The notes: a model not told the origin generated them from the letters alone. Positions 16,265-26,291 are shown, counted from the stretch's first letter. The stretch: DNA of 64,000 nt from an uncultured Acidobacteriota bacterium (GCA_963840225.1 CAWIYH010000002.1:519934-583933), one strand, 5' to 3'. Numbers and translations are program-made.

Positions 16265-18927
16265 TCATTCCATCCGGAGCGCCGTCATCGGATCGATTCT
16301 CGCGGCCCGCCGCGCCGGAAAGTAGCTCGCGGCCAGGGCCGTGGCGACCATCACGGCGGCCACGGCGAGATAGGTGAGTGGATCGTCGGCCGAGACGCCG
16401 AACAGCATTCGCGCCAGGCCGCGCGTGGCCGCGGCCGTCGCCGCGAGCCCGATGACGACGCCCGCCGCCGAGAGCCGCAGCGCGTCGCGGGTCACCATGC
16501 TCAGCACGTCGCGACCTTCGGCGCCGAGCGCCATGCGCAGGCCGATCTCGCGCGTCCGCTGGCTGACGGCGTACGACATCACGCCGTAGATGCCGATCGC
16601 GGCCAGTCCGACCGCGAGCGCCCCGAACACGCCGAGCAGGACGGTCGTGAAACGATCGCCGGCCACCGAGTCGGCGACGAGCGTGTCCATCGGCAGGGCG
16701 TCGGCCACGGGAAGGGCCGGGTCGATCGCGCGGATCCGGTCCTTGACGCTGCTCACCACCGACATCGGATCGCCGCGCGTCCTGGCGACGACCACCCCGA
16801 AGTCCATCGGCTGCTGATCGTAGGGAATGTAGATTTCCGGCTCCGTCTCGAGCGCCAGGCCGCGGTGTTTCACGTCGCCGATGACGCCGACCACGTCGCG
16901 GAACCCGTACTTCCCCGTGGCGAACGAGGCATGGACGCGGATGTGCTGTCCGATCGGGTTCTCGTTCGGGAAGTACCGCCGCGCGGCCGTCTCGTTGAGC
17001 ACGGCCACGAGGGGGGCCGCGGCGGTGTCCGCTTGTGTGAACCCGCGGCCGCGCCGCACCGGAATCCGCATCGCGCGCAGGTAGTCGCCGCCGATGACCC
17101 GGACGAAGGCGTTCTGGGCGTCTTCGTCAGCGGGATGGCGCCCCTCGATGCTGAACGTGCTGTGGCCGTTGAATTCCCCCAGCGGCAGCCCGAAGACGAG
17201 GCCGGCCGACTCGATGCCGGCGACGCCATCGAGCGACGGAAGGAGCTGGTGGTAGAACGTGGTGATCTGCTGGGGCGTCGTGTAGGACGCTTCGGGCAGG
17301 AACAGCGAGAACGTCAGCACATGGTCCGCCTGGTAGCCCGTGTCCACGTGCTGGAGGTTGTAGAGGCTCCGCATGAGCAGGCCGGCCGAGACGACCAGCA
17401 TGAGCGCCAGCGCCATCTCGGCGACGACGAGCGATGCGCGCAGGCGCCGCTGGCCGCCGCCGACCTGCCGCCCGCCGTCGCGCAGCGCCCGACTGATGTC
17501 GCCACGCGCCAGCTGCAGGGCCGGGGCGACGCCGAACACGAGTGCAGCCCCCAGGGCGACGACGGCAGCGAACGCGAACACTCGGGGCGTCAGCGCGACG
17601 TCGTGCGCGCGGGGAAGGGCGGCCGGATGCAGCGCGAGAAGGCCGTGGACGCTCCCGATGCCCAGGAGGAGGCCCGCCGCTCCCCCGCCGGCGCCGAGCA
17701 GGAGGCTCTCGGTCAGGAACTGACGCAGCAGGCGGCCGCGGCTGGCGCCCATCGAGGCGCGAATGGCCACCTCGGTCCGGCGTCCGGCGCCGCGGACCAG
17801 GAACAGGTTGGCGACGTTCGCGCACGCGATCAGCAGCACGAGTACCGACCGCGGCCTGCAGCACGATCAGCGCAGACCGCACGCCCTCGACCACGGTGTC
17901 GAGCAGCGGAACGAGCCGCGCGCGGTACTTCCCGTCCTTCTCCGGATGCGCGGCCGCCAGCGCGGTCGCGATGCTCGCGACTTCCGCGTTCGCCGCCGCG
18001 ATCGTCGCGCCGGCTTTCACGCGACCGATGGCCTGGATCCATCGCGCGCCGCGCTGGCTCTCCTCGAGCTGATGCGGCGTGAACACGAGCGGCAGCCACA
18101 GCTGGCTGCGAGCGGGAAATTCGAAGCCGGGCGGCATGACGCCCGTGACGACGTACGGGGTGCCGTCCAGCGTGACGGTGCGGCCGACGATGGAGGGGTC
18201 CGACCCGAACGCCCGCTGCCACAACCCGTGCCCGAGTACCTGCGTACTTGTCGTCAGCGGGGCCGGAGACCATGAACGGACGGCCGATGGCCGGCCGTAC
18301 CCCCATCACGTCGAAGAAATCGGACGTCACCACCTCGCCCGTCAGCCGCTCCGGCTCGCCGGTTCCCGTCAGCGCCACGTCCGCACGCGTAAACGCCGCG
18401 GCGTGCGCGAGCCTTGTCGACTGGCGCTCGTAGTCGGTGAAATCGAGCGGCGACAGCGACCATGACCGGCCGGACGGCGCGATGGTCTGGAGCTCGACGA
18501 TCCGGTCGGCTCCGGGATAGGGCAGGGGGCGGAGGAGGACGCCGTTGACGACGGTGAAGACGGCGGTGGTGGCGCCGATGCCGAGCGCGAGGGTGAGGAT
18601 GGCGACGGCGGCGAAGCCGGGCTGGCGGCGGAGCAGGCGGCCGGCGTAGCGGAGGTCCTGCCAGAAGGTGCCCACGGGCTCTCTCCTTTCGAACGACAGG
18701 GAATCGGGGTCGGCGAGGCGCCGGGCGGCGCTGGCGGCGCGCGCCAGGTCGCCGAGCTCCCGGACGAGGAGAGCGGCGAGCGCGCACCGGCCACGGGCGG
18801 CGGCATCGCGGCACAGCGCGTCGAAAGTGGCACGCATCTCGGCGCCCCAGCGCCGCCGGAACGCGCGCGGGGAGAGACAGAGCGCGGCCCGATAGATTGC
18901 GCCGGCCAGCGCTTCGACGCGCGGCAT
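16265..18927 (-). pseudogene. ADOP-family permease split over three frames by two apparent 1-nt insertions
   Basis: The N-terminal part is in track ORF 17830-19008 (MPRVEALAGAIY...GRPFMVSGPADDKYA). The middle part is in ORF 17127-18224 (LWQRAFGSDPSIVGRTVTLDG...VRSALIVLQAAV). The C-terminal part is in ORF 16265-17839 (LLIACANVANLFLVRGAG...). The breaks lie at about 18239 and 17845. 2663 nt minus 2 nt = 887 codons, one codon fewer than its neighbour (888 including the stop). Confidence 0.9.
18518..18870. repeat. 353-bp repeat, copy B (5' region of the frameshifted ADOP gene)
   Basis: See copy A. The two copies are direct repeats 2666 bp apart. Confidence 0.9.
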
Positions 18928-18955
18928 CCAGCTCACGTGCGTGCGCTCCTGGCGG

Positions 18956-19324
18956 TCATCGCGCCGTGGCCGGGCGGCGGACCACCTGGATGCCCTTCTC
19001 GCGCGCATGGCGGACCAGTGCGTCGAGGCGGGCGGTTTCGGCTTCGAGCACCGCGCGGCCGAGGGACGTCAGCCGGTAGTAGCGCCGCCGCTCGTCGTCC
19101 TTGTCGTCGCGGGCCGGCCGGCGCGGGCTCTCGGCAATGAGCCCGAGCGCGAGGAGGCGCGCCACGGCGGTATAGAGCGTGCCTGTCCCGAGCCGGACCG
19201 CGCCGCCGGTCCGGCCGGCGATGTCGAGGATGAGGCCGTAGCCGTGCCGGTCGCCGTCGGTGAGGGCGAGCAGGATGTGAAACTGCTGCGGCGTGAGCGG
19301 GAGGTAGCGTCGCGGGTCGTCCAT
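18956..19324 (-). CDS. PadR-family transcriptional regulator
   Basis: MDDPRRYLPLTPQQFHILLALTDGDRHGYGLILDIAGRTGGAVRLGTGTLYTAVARLLALGLI...RRRYYRLTSLGRAVL is a full PadR winged helix. ATG 19324 is preferred over the TTG at 19345 used by the track. Confidence 0.88.
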   Translation of the reverse strand: MDDPRRYLPLTPQQFHILLALTDGDRHGYGLILDIAGRTGGAVRLGTGTLYTAVARLLALGLIAESPRRPARDDKDDERRRYYRLTSLGRAVLEAETARLDALVRHAREKGIQVVRRPATAR

Positions 19325-19327
19325 GGC

Positions 19328-19367
19328 GGCTACATCATAGCTCAATACATCGAGCTTAGACGTAGCC
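19328..19367. promoter_or_regulatory. Nested inverted repeats immediately upstream of the PadR start (candidate operator)
   Basis: GGCTAC-atcat-AGCTC-aatacatc-GAGCT-tagac-GTAGCC. Both arm pairs are exact reverse complements. The region is AT-rich relative to its surroundings and sits between divergent PadR and methyltransferase genes. Confidence 0.35.
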
Positions 19368-19530
19368 GCGCCGGCAATGGTTGGCCCGGGTCCACCCCGT
19401 CATCAGGCCGCCCTGCTACAATTCCGCCTCGCCGAGCTGTGTGCGGCGCAGCCGGCCCATTCCGGAGCGTCGACATCGCCGGATCGTGCGCGGGTGCGCC
19501 GGAGTCCTGCGCAATCGGAGCCGCCAGCCC

Positions 19531-20199
19531 ATGGCGGAAACCCTGACACCAGCCCAGGCCAGAGCCTTCTACGATCGATTCGGCGCCCTGCAGGATTCGC
19601 AGGCGTTCTACGAGGACCGCGCGCTCGACGAGCTCGTCGCGTACTCGGCGTTCGACGAAGCGCACAGCGTCTTCGAATTCGGGTGTGGAACGGGCCGCTT
19701 CGCGGCCCGCCTCCTGGCGTCCTGCCTGCCGGACTCGGCGGAGTACCACGGAGTCGACATCAGCAGCACGATGGTCGAGCTGGCCCGCAAGCGGCTCGCG
19801 CCGTTCGGGTCGAGAGCGCGCGTGCGACTGACAGAGGGCCCCAACCCGTTTGCCGGCCTCGAGCGGCCGGTCGACCGCGTCGTCAGCACATACGTGCTCG
19901 ACCTGCTGCCTGAGGGCGACATCGCGGCCTTCGTGGCCGGCAGCGCGGCGGCCCTCGGCCCGCACGGGCGGATCTGCCTCGTCAGCCTCACGAACGGCAG
20001 GCGGCCGCTGTCGCGCATGCTGTCGGCCGCCTGGCGCGCGGCGTTCAGCGTGTCGGCGCGTCTCGTGGGTGGCTGCCGGCCGATCGAGCTCCGGGAGCAT
20101 CTGCGGCCGGACGCGTGGCGGATCGCGCATCACGCGGTCGTGACGGCATGGGCCGTGCCCTCCGAAGTGGTCGTGGCCGAGAAGCGCGGGCCGCGCTGA
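19531..20199 (+). CDS. Class I SAM-dependent methyltransferase
   Basis: Motif I VFEFGCGTGRF, and a post-I acidic residue in YHGVDIS. ATG 19531 gives 222 aa. The upstream 50 codons of the track ORF are Arg-rich filler. Confidence 0.8.
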   Translation: MAETLTPAQARAFYDRFGALQDSQAFYEDRALDELVAYSAFDEAHSVFEFGCGTGRFAARLLASCLPDSAEYHGVDISSTMVELARKRLAPFGSRARVRLTEGPNPFAGLERPVDRVVSTYVLDLLPEGDIAAFVAGSAAALGPHGRICLVSLTNGRRPLSRMLSAAWRAAFSVSARLVGGCRPIELREHLRPDAWRIAHHAVVTAWAVPSEVVVAEKRGPR

Positions 20200-20210
20200 G
20201 CCCGCCGCGC

Positions 20211-21590
20211 TTACTTCAGGGTCTCCTTCAACGCTTCGAAGAACACCCGGGCGGCTTCCTGCACGCCGTCGAGCGGCACGTGCTCGCCGTCGCTGTGCAT
20301 GCTGGCGACGATGTCGGCCGGGAGGATGGCGGGGAAGATGCCGTAGCTCTTCACGCCGTGGGGGCGGAACGCGTTGGAATCTGTGCCGTATGGAATCAGG
20401 ATCGGCGTTACGACCGCATCGGGGTGGAGGCGCTTGATGGCCGCCTCGAGGCTCCGGTAGAGCGGTGTGTCGGACGGGGTCACGACGGGATCGTCGGACT
20501 CGCTGACCAGCTCCACCTTCAGCGACGGATCGCCGAGCTTCTCCTTCACCTCGGCGATCCACTGGTCGCGCGTCGTTCCCGGCATCAGCCGGCAGTCGAG
20601 TCCGGCCTCGGCCACCGACGGGATCACGTTGATCTTCGGCGGTTCGCCGACGCCGGACCGGAGCCAGGTGAGCGAGATCGTCGAGTGCTGAATGGCGTTG
20701 GTGAACTTGTTGTCGGCGAACGTCCCGACCTCCTCCTTCATCGTCCGCACGACGGAGAAGTCGCTGGTCGGGGCGGGCTGTCCGATCAGGCGCGCGAGCG
20801 CCCTGGCGAGATGATCGTTCGGGTTCTGCGGATTGGGCTGGCTGCCGTGGCCGGCTACGCCTTCGGCGCGCACTTTCAGCCAGACGATCTTCTTTTCGGC
20901 GACCGAGATGCCGTAGACCAGCTTGCCCGGCGCGAACACGTCCCGGCTGGCGAAGCCGCCTTCGTCGAGGACGTATTCGGGATCGAGCTCGGCGAGGTGG
21001 TGGGCGATCATCCAGCGCGCGCCGACGCCGCCGCCCATCTCCTCGTCGGGATTCGCGAGCAGGATGACGTCGCGCGCGAGGGGCACGTGCTGGCGCTTCA
21101 GCTCGAGAAACGCCATCAGGTGCGCGACCCCGAGTCCCTTCATGTCCATCGACCCGCGGCCCCAGAGCTCGTGGCCTCGGATGACCGCGGCGAACGGATC
21201 CATCGGCCAGCGCGTCTTGTCGGCCGGCACCACGTCCATGTGGTGCATGAGGACGATCGCCTTGCCGCGCGGCGGCGAAACGGTCGCCTTGAGGCGCGCG
21301 AGGATGATCGCCTTGGTCGGCTCGGACTCGTACCGGGTGAACGGAATGCCTTCGCGCTGGAGGATCGCGGCCAGGAAATCGGCAGACTTGCGCGTGTCGC
21401 CCGGCGGGTCCGACGTGTCGATCCGGACGTAGTCCTGCAGGACGCGCGTCGCCTCCTCGCCGACGGCGCTCCAGTTGGGCGGCTGCGCGACCTGGGCCGC
21501 AGCGACGATGGCAAGCGTCGCGAACGACAAGGCGGCAACGGATGCGAATGGGGGGAGATGGAAGCCTCGCGCTGCCGTGGGAGTTCGCAT
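20211..21590 (-). CDS. M20-family metallopeptidase (secreted dipeptidase/carboxypeptidase-like)
   Basis: Signal peptide, then LMHHMDVVPAD ... ELWGRGSMDMKG ... NPDEEMGG, which are the M20 metal-ligand motifs. Confidence 0.85.
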   Translation of the reverse strand: MRTPTAARGFHLPPFASVAALSFATLAIVAAAQVAQPPNWSAVGEEATRVLQDYVRIDTSDPPGDTRKSADFLAAILQREGIPFTRYESEPTKAIILARLKATVSPPRGKAIVLMHHMDVVPADKTRWPMDPFAAVIRGHELWGRGSMDMKGLGVAHLMAFLELKRQHVPLARDVILLANPDEEMGGGVGARWMIAHHLAELDPEYVLDEGGFASRDVFAPGKLVYGISVAEKKIVWLKVRAEGVAGHGSQPNPQNPNDHLARALARLIGQPAPTSDFSVVRTMKEEVGTFADNKFTNAIQHSTISLTWLRSGVGEPPKINVIPSVAEAGLDCRLMPGTTRDQWIAEVKEKLGDPSLKVELVSESDDPVVTPSDTPLYRSLEAAIKRLHPDAVVTPILIPYGTDSNAFRPHGVKSYGIFPAILPADIVASMHSDGEHVPLDGVQEAARVFFEALKETLK

Positions 21591-21600
21591 GCCGGAGAGG

Positions 21601-23346
21601 CTACGGTACGACCCGGCGCCTGGTCAACCGCGGCGCCGCGATCAACGCGCCGCCATAGAGCGCGAGCGCCAGAAACAGGGTGGCGGGCCGCGATTGCGGC
21701 ATGTCCTCGACGAGCAGCTTGATGCCGCCGGCGATCAGCACGGGATAGAGGAGCCACGCCGCCTCGCGGAAGCGGGCGTGACGTCCCGCCCACGCCAGCC
21801 CCAGCGCGCCGCCGGCGAGGATGGCCGTCCGGATGGTCGCGACGATACCGACGTCTGCGCCGCCGTCAGGGGTCAGCGAGAGGAGGGGCGTCAAGAGGCT
21901 CACCAGCCAGCCCGACAGCGACCAGACGAGGACCGCCGCCAGGGCCACCCGCGGCATGCGCGCGTAGAGCCCGGCGTGTGCGGTCTGACGCGCGGGCGGG
22001 ATCGCCCAGCAGACGGCAATCGCCGTCAAGACCACGATCGCCGCCGGCGTGAACGCGCCCCAGGCACTCGTGACCGGACCAACCAGGGCGTACGCGGAGG
22101 CCGTGAGCAGCCCCGAGGCCGCCGCGGAAGCGATGGCGTAAACCGCAGCGTGCAGACCGAGCAGCGCCCGCTGCAGCTCGCGCGCCAGCCACGCGGTCAG
22201 CATCGCGACCGCCGCCCATGCCAGCGCGACGGTCGAAGCGCCGAGCAGCAGATTGCTGCTCACGAGGACGAGCACGAGCCCGAGGGACGTATAGAAGTAG
22301 AAGTTGCGGCGCAGGCCCTGGCGTCGCGCGACGAACGCATAGGCCACACCGTAGCAGCCGGCCCCGATCATCAGGTTTACCAACGCCAGGACCACGATGA
22401 CGCCCGACCCGGTCACGCGGGCGACGTACACGGCGCCCCCAAAGCCGACGGCGAGGGCCGCGATCGACTGCGCGACTTCGAAGACGTTCACATCGCGGGC
22501 GCGGACCAGCGTGCGGGTGGCGATGCTCGCGAGATAGCCGGTCAGGAGCAGCAGCTGGACGGCGACGACTGGCGCGGGCAGTTCGTCCCAGCTGCGGTTC
22601 GAGACGCGAAGCGTCAGAGCCAGGACGGTGATGTCGGCCACGAGCGCCACCGGCCAGCGCAGCAGCACCCATTCGAGCGCGTACCCGATCCACAACGTGC
22701 CGACGCCGAGGAGGATCAGGAACACGGCGACCGGGATCACGACGCCCGTGACACCCACGAGAGCGAGGACGGTCGGGAGCGCGGCCAGTGTCACGATCCA
22801 CGCGAGCGACTGGAACCGCTGCCGCACGGCGACGCCGAGCGCGAGGCTCGTCACGACCGTAATCGCGGCGGCGCTCTCGGCCGGTCCGAGGAACCTGAAC
22901 CGAACCGTCGCTTCCCACAACAGCGGAAACGCGATCGTCGACGCGACCAGGACATGGAAGGCGGCGCTCATGCGGCGGCCCGCCGAGCTGGCGAGGTCGG
23001 CCATGACGAGCCACGACAGGGCGTAGGCCAGACCGAGCGCGATGCCGGTCGACTGCGGCAGGATCGCCGAGTCGGTCAATGCGCGCAGCAGGTAGGCGCC
23101 GCCGAGTGCGACGAAGCTGCGGCCGATGAGCGAGAGGACACCGACGAAATCGTCCCGCACGACGGGCGGCGCCGCAGAGGCGTCCGGCGAGGTGTCGAAC
23201 ACGGGCGCCGCGCCCGCCGGCTCGGTGCGGTCGGCCGCAGCGGTCGGCGCCGCCCGTTCGAGTGCCGCGAGCCGCGCTTCGACAAAGGCCAGCGATCGTT
23301 CGAGCTCCCGGACCGTCGATTCGACGTGCGACAGTCGATCGTCCAT
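21601..23346 (-). CDS. DUF2339-like polytopic membrane protein
   Basis: N-terminal coiled-coil segment (LSHVESTVRELERSLAFVEARLAALE) followed by about 15 or more hydrophobic helices. No catalytic motif was seen. Confidence 0.65.
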   Translation of the reverse strand: MDDRLSHVESTVRELERSLAFVEARLAALERAAPTAAADRTEPAGAAPVFDTSPDASAAPPVVRDDFVGVLSLIGRSFVALGGAYLLRALTDSAILPQSTGIALGLAYALSWLVMADLASSAGRRMSAAFHVLVASTIAFPLLWEATVRFRFLGPAESAAAITVVTSLALGVAVRQRFQSLAWIVTLAALPTVLALVGVTGVVIPVAVFLILLGVGTLWIGYALEWVLLRWPVALVADITVLALTLRVSNRSWDELPAPVVAVQLLLLTGYLASIATRTLVRARDVNVFEVAQSIAALAVGFGGAVYVARVTGSGVIVVLALVNLMIGAGCYGVAYAFVARRQGLRRNFYFYTSLGLVLVLVSSNLLLGASTVALAWAAVAMLTAWLARELQRALLGLHAAVYAIASAAASGLLTASAYALVGPVTSAWGAFTPAAIVVLTAIAVCWAIPPARQTAHAGLYARMPRVALAAVLVWSLSGWLVSLLTPLLSLTPDGGADVGIVATIRTAILAGGALGLAWAGRHARFREAAWLLYPVLIAGGIKLLVEDMPQSRPATLFLALALYGGALIAAPRLTRRRVVP

Positions 23347-23389
23347 CGGGTTCCCCGATCGTCCTCCAGGCTCCCGCCGCAGGCGCGGC

Positions 23390-24697
23390 CTACTGGTGCG
23401 TCGCGCGTGAGGCGGTGCGGCGATCGATCTGCCGCACCTTGAGCGCCAGTGCGATCGCGAAGACCAGCATCGCGCCGAACGACACGGCGAGGCCGCGGCG
23501 ACGGAACTGCAGCTCCGCGACGCCCTTCCGACCGTCTTCGTCCACGTGCGCCACGATCTCCATGCCGGTGGTGATGACCGGGTCGACCTGGGCAGGGTCC
23601 GAGGTGTGCATCTCGGTGCGCGCCAGCGTCAGCTTGGTGCGCGCTTCACGCAGCGCCAGCTCGTCGTCGCTGACCTCGATGCCGGCGTTCTTCACGCGCG
23701 CGGTCAGCGCACCGGCCTGGGCGATGGCGTCCTTGAGTCTGTCGATGTCGCCGCGCATCCGATCGGCGCCGGCCGCCCCCTTGTCGTCCGATCCGCTGTG
23801 ACAGGTGGCGCAGATGGTGCCGGCGCCGCTGCCGAGCATCTCGTCGGAGGGCTTCAGGACGGCGTGGTTGGCGTGGCACTGGACGCAGCCCTGGTCGAAG
23901 ATCTGGCTGTGCACGCTCGCCTGGAACTTCTGCGCGAACACCGCGTGGCACGTGCCGCAGACGTTCGCGATCGAGCCGACGCCGGGCGGCACGGCGCCGT
24001 GGTTGCCGTGACAGTCGTTGCAGGTCGGCGCCGAGAGGTCGTTGTCCCTGGTGAGAGCGGCGAAGTGCACGCTCTTCTGGTAGTCGGCGAACTGATTCGT
24101 CGGGAGCGCGGAACCGTCGGCGGCCGTGTAGCCCGCCATGTGCGTCGGGTCGGCGTGGCATGCGGCGCAGGTGCGGGCGACGTTGGTCGGGAAGACGGGC
24201 GACTCGGCGTCGGTCACCTGCCGGATCCCGTGTGCGCCATGGCAGCTGATGCACGTCGCCACCTTCGTGTCGCCCTTCGCGAGCTGCTTCCCGTGCACAC
24301 TCGTCGCGTACTCGGCGGCCTGGTCGACGCGCTCTTTCGGCGCGAAGCGGCGCATGAGGTCCGCGTCGCTGTGGCAGCGCGCGCACGTGGTGATGATCGC
24401 TTCACCGACCGGCCTGCCCGTGAAGCCGCTCTTGACGTCGTGCGCCCGCGCGGCGTCGCCGGCGGCCGGATCGCCGCCGTGGCAGTTGACGCAGGCGAAC
24501 CCCTTGTCGCGGTGCACGTCAGTCCCGCTGAACAACTTCGCGGGCGTGGCCAGCCGCGTGTCGGTGAGCGCGGCGTGGCACGACACGCACCCGTTGGGCG
24601 CGGCGACGGCCGGCCCTTGTGCCCGCGCGGTGGCGGCTCCGAGGGACAGCGCTGCGGCCGCGAGGACGATGATCGTGGAGCGCAACGGAATGAGCAT
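23390..24697 (-). CDS. Nonaheme c-type cytochrome with C-terminal coiled coil and membrane anchor
   Basis: From ATG 24697, with signal peptide MLIPLRSTIIVLAAAALSLGAATARA. Nine CxxCH motifs: CVSCH, CVNCH, CARCH, CISCH, CAACH, CNDCH, CGTCH, CVQCH and CATCH. C-terminal TM segment LAVSFGAMLVFAIALAL. Confidence 0.88.
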   Translation of the reverse strand: MLIPLRSTIIVLAAAALSLGAATARAQGPAVAAPNGCVSCHAALTDTRLATPAKLFSGTDVHRDKGFACVNCHGGDPAAGDAARAHDVKSGFTGRPVGEAIITTCARCHSDADLMRRFAPKERVDQAAEYATSVHGKQLAKGDTKVATCISCHGAHGIRQVTDAESPVFPTNVARTCAACHADPTHMAGYTAADGSALPTNQFADYQKSVHFAALTRDNDLSAPTCNDCHGNHGAVPPGVGSIANVCGTCHAVFAQKFQASVHSQIFDQGCVQCHANHAVLKPSDEMLGSGAGTICATCHSGSDDKGAAGADRMRGDIDRLKDAIAQAGALTARVKNAGIEVSDDELALREARTKLTLARTEMHTSDPAQVDPVITTGMEIVAHVDEDGRKGVAELQFRRRGLAVSFGAMLVFAIALALKVRQIDRRTASRATHQ

Positions 24698-24705
24698 GGC
24701 AGCGC

Positions 24706-25785
24706 CTACTTGGCGTAGTGGCCGACGATGGTGAACACGATCAGGTAGAGCAGCCCGAGGGCCGCGATTGCCGTGAACACCGGACTGCGCTCGCCGCGCG
24801 ACGCGCGCCGATCCAGGAAGGGCACGAACACGAGGAACGCGGCCATGAGGCCGAACCCCATCACACCGAGCCGTTCGCCCTCGAAGCCGAAGACGTGGCT
24901 CGGGATGAGCTTCAGCGTGTGGAACATGGCGAGGAAATACCATTCAGGCCGGATGCCGGGCGGCACCACCGAGAAGGGATCCGCCTTGGTGCCCAGCTCC
25001 CATGGATAGAAGAGCGCGAGCGCGGCCAGCAGCGCAATCGCGGCATACCAGAAGAGGACGTCGCGCAGGATGTAGTTCGGGAAGAACGGCATCTGCGGCA
25101 GCGCCTGGCCTGGTTTCATCTTCCGCTCGATGCTCGGCGGCACGCTCATGCCCTGCCGCTGGATGAACAGGAGATGCACGACGACGAGCGCGGTCGTCAT
25201 CGCCGGCAGCACCGCGACGTGCAGGCCGTAGAAGCGCGACAGCGTGGCGCCCGTCACGTCGTCGCCGCCGCGCAGGAGGCGCAGCGCGAACTTGCCGACG
25301 AGCGGCACCGCGCCGGCGATCCCCGTGCCGACCTTGGTGGCGAAGAACGACAGTTCGTTCCACGGCAGCAGATAGCCGCTGAACCCGAAGCCGAGCATCA
25401 GGAAAAGCAGCAGGATGCCACTCACCCAGGTCAGCTCCCGCGGCTTGCGGTAGGACTTCAGAAAGAACACGCTGAAGAAGTGCGCGAAGACGACCAGAAT
25501 CAGCAGGTTGGCCGACCAGCTGTGGATGTTGCGAATGAGCCAGCCGAACTGCACCTTGGTGACGATGAACTGCACGCTCTCGTACGCTTCGGCCGCCGAC
25601 GGCCGATAGTAGAGCAGGAGGAGGATGCCGGTGAAGATCTGGACACCCAGCAGGAAGAGCGTCAGCCCGCCCAGGTAGTACCAGATCTTCTGGGTGTGGA
25701 CGGGAACGCCTTTCTCGGCGATGAAGTGCTTGACGTCGCTGAGGTCGAGCCGTTCGTCCAGCCAGTCGACGGTGCGCTGCAGCAT
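24706..25785 (-). CDS. Cytochrome b (fused b6 plus subunit IV type) of a Rieske/cytochrome b complex
   Basis: [26 protein letters not shown]...[21 protein letters not shown]...[16 protein letters not shown]...[16 protein letters not shown], including the PEWY Qo motif. Confidence 0.92.
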   Translation of the reverse strand: MLQRTVDWLDERLDLSDVKHFIAEKGVPVHTQKIWYYLGGLTLFLLGVQIFTGILLLLYYRPSAAEAYESVQFIVTKVQFGWLIRNIHSWSANLLILVVFAHFFSVFFLKSYRKPRELTWVSGILLLFLMLGFGFSGYLLPWNELSFFATKVGTGIAGAVPLVGKFALRLLRGGDDVTGATLSRFYGLHVAVLPAMTTALVVVHLLFIQRQGMSVPPSIERKMKPGQALPQMPFFPNYILRDVLFWYAAIALLAALALFYPWELGTKADPFSVVPPGIRPEWYFLAMFHTLKLIPSHVFGFEGERLGVMGFGLMAAFLVFVPFLDRRASRGERSPVFTAIAALGLLYLIVFTIVGHYAK

Positions 25786-25800
25786 GGTGATCGTCCTCGG

Positions 25801-26277
25801 CTAGCCCCGCGACACGACGATGTCTTGATCGCCAGGCTCGCCGCGCAGATTCACGACGAACTTCTCGAGCGGGCGGGGCGGCGGCCCCGACACGACGTTG
25901 CCGCCCAGGTCGTACATGCCGTTGTGGCAGGCGCACCAGAGCAGCGACGTGTCCGCCCTGAATTGCACGGTGCACTCCAGGTGCGTGCAGACGGCACTGA
26001 ACGCGCGCACGTCGCCGTCGGCGGTGCGCACGACGATGCCCGGACGACTGCCGAACTTGAAGATCTTCCCCGAGTTTGGCTTCAGCTCGGCTGCCTTGCA
26101 GGCGACCACGCTCGCCGTCTCGGGCCCCCCGCTGGCCGGCGGCACCAGGTAGCTCGCGACGGGATAGGCGATGGCCACCGCCGTCGACACGAACCCGATC
26201 GCCAGCAGCGAGTCGAGGAAGGTGCGACGGTCGAATGCCGGGGTTTCGACCCTCGAGGATTCACGCGGCAATGTCAT
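25801..26277 (-). CDS. Rieske 2Fe-2S subunit (Tat-exported)
   Basis: From ATG 26277. Twin-arginine motif FDRRTFL. Cluster boxes CTHLEC and CACHNG. Confidence 0.9.
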   Translation of the reverse strand: MTLPRESSRVETPAFDRRTFLDSLLAIGFVSTAVAIAYPVASYLVPPASGGPETASVVACKAAELKPNSGKIFKFGSRPGIVVRTADGDVRAFSAVCTHLECTVQFRADTSLLWCACHNGMYDLGGNVVSGPPPRPLEKFVVNLRGEPGDQDIVVSRG

Positions 26278-26291
26278 GACGGCCTTCCGTC

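Noticed and set aside
13241-18082. 1613-aa plus-strand ORF, and the 1065-aa minus-strand ORF 12462-15659
   Set aside because: Both are Arg/Gly/Asp/Pro-rich with no motifs. They lie antisense or out of frame to two well-supported ADOP permease genes. Stop-free shadow frames like these are typical of very GC-rich DNA.
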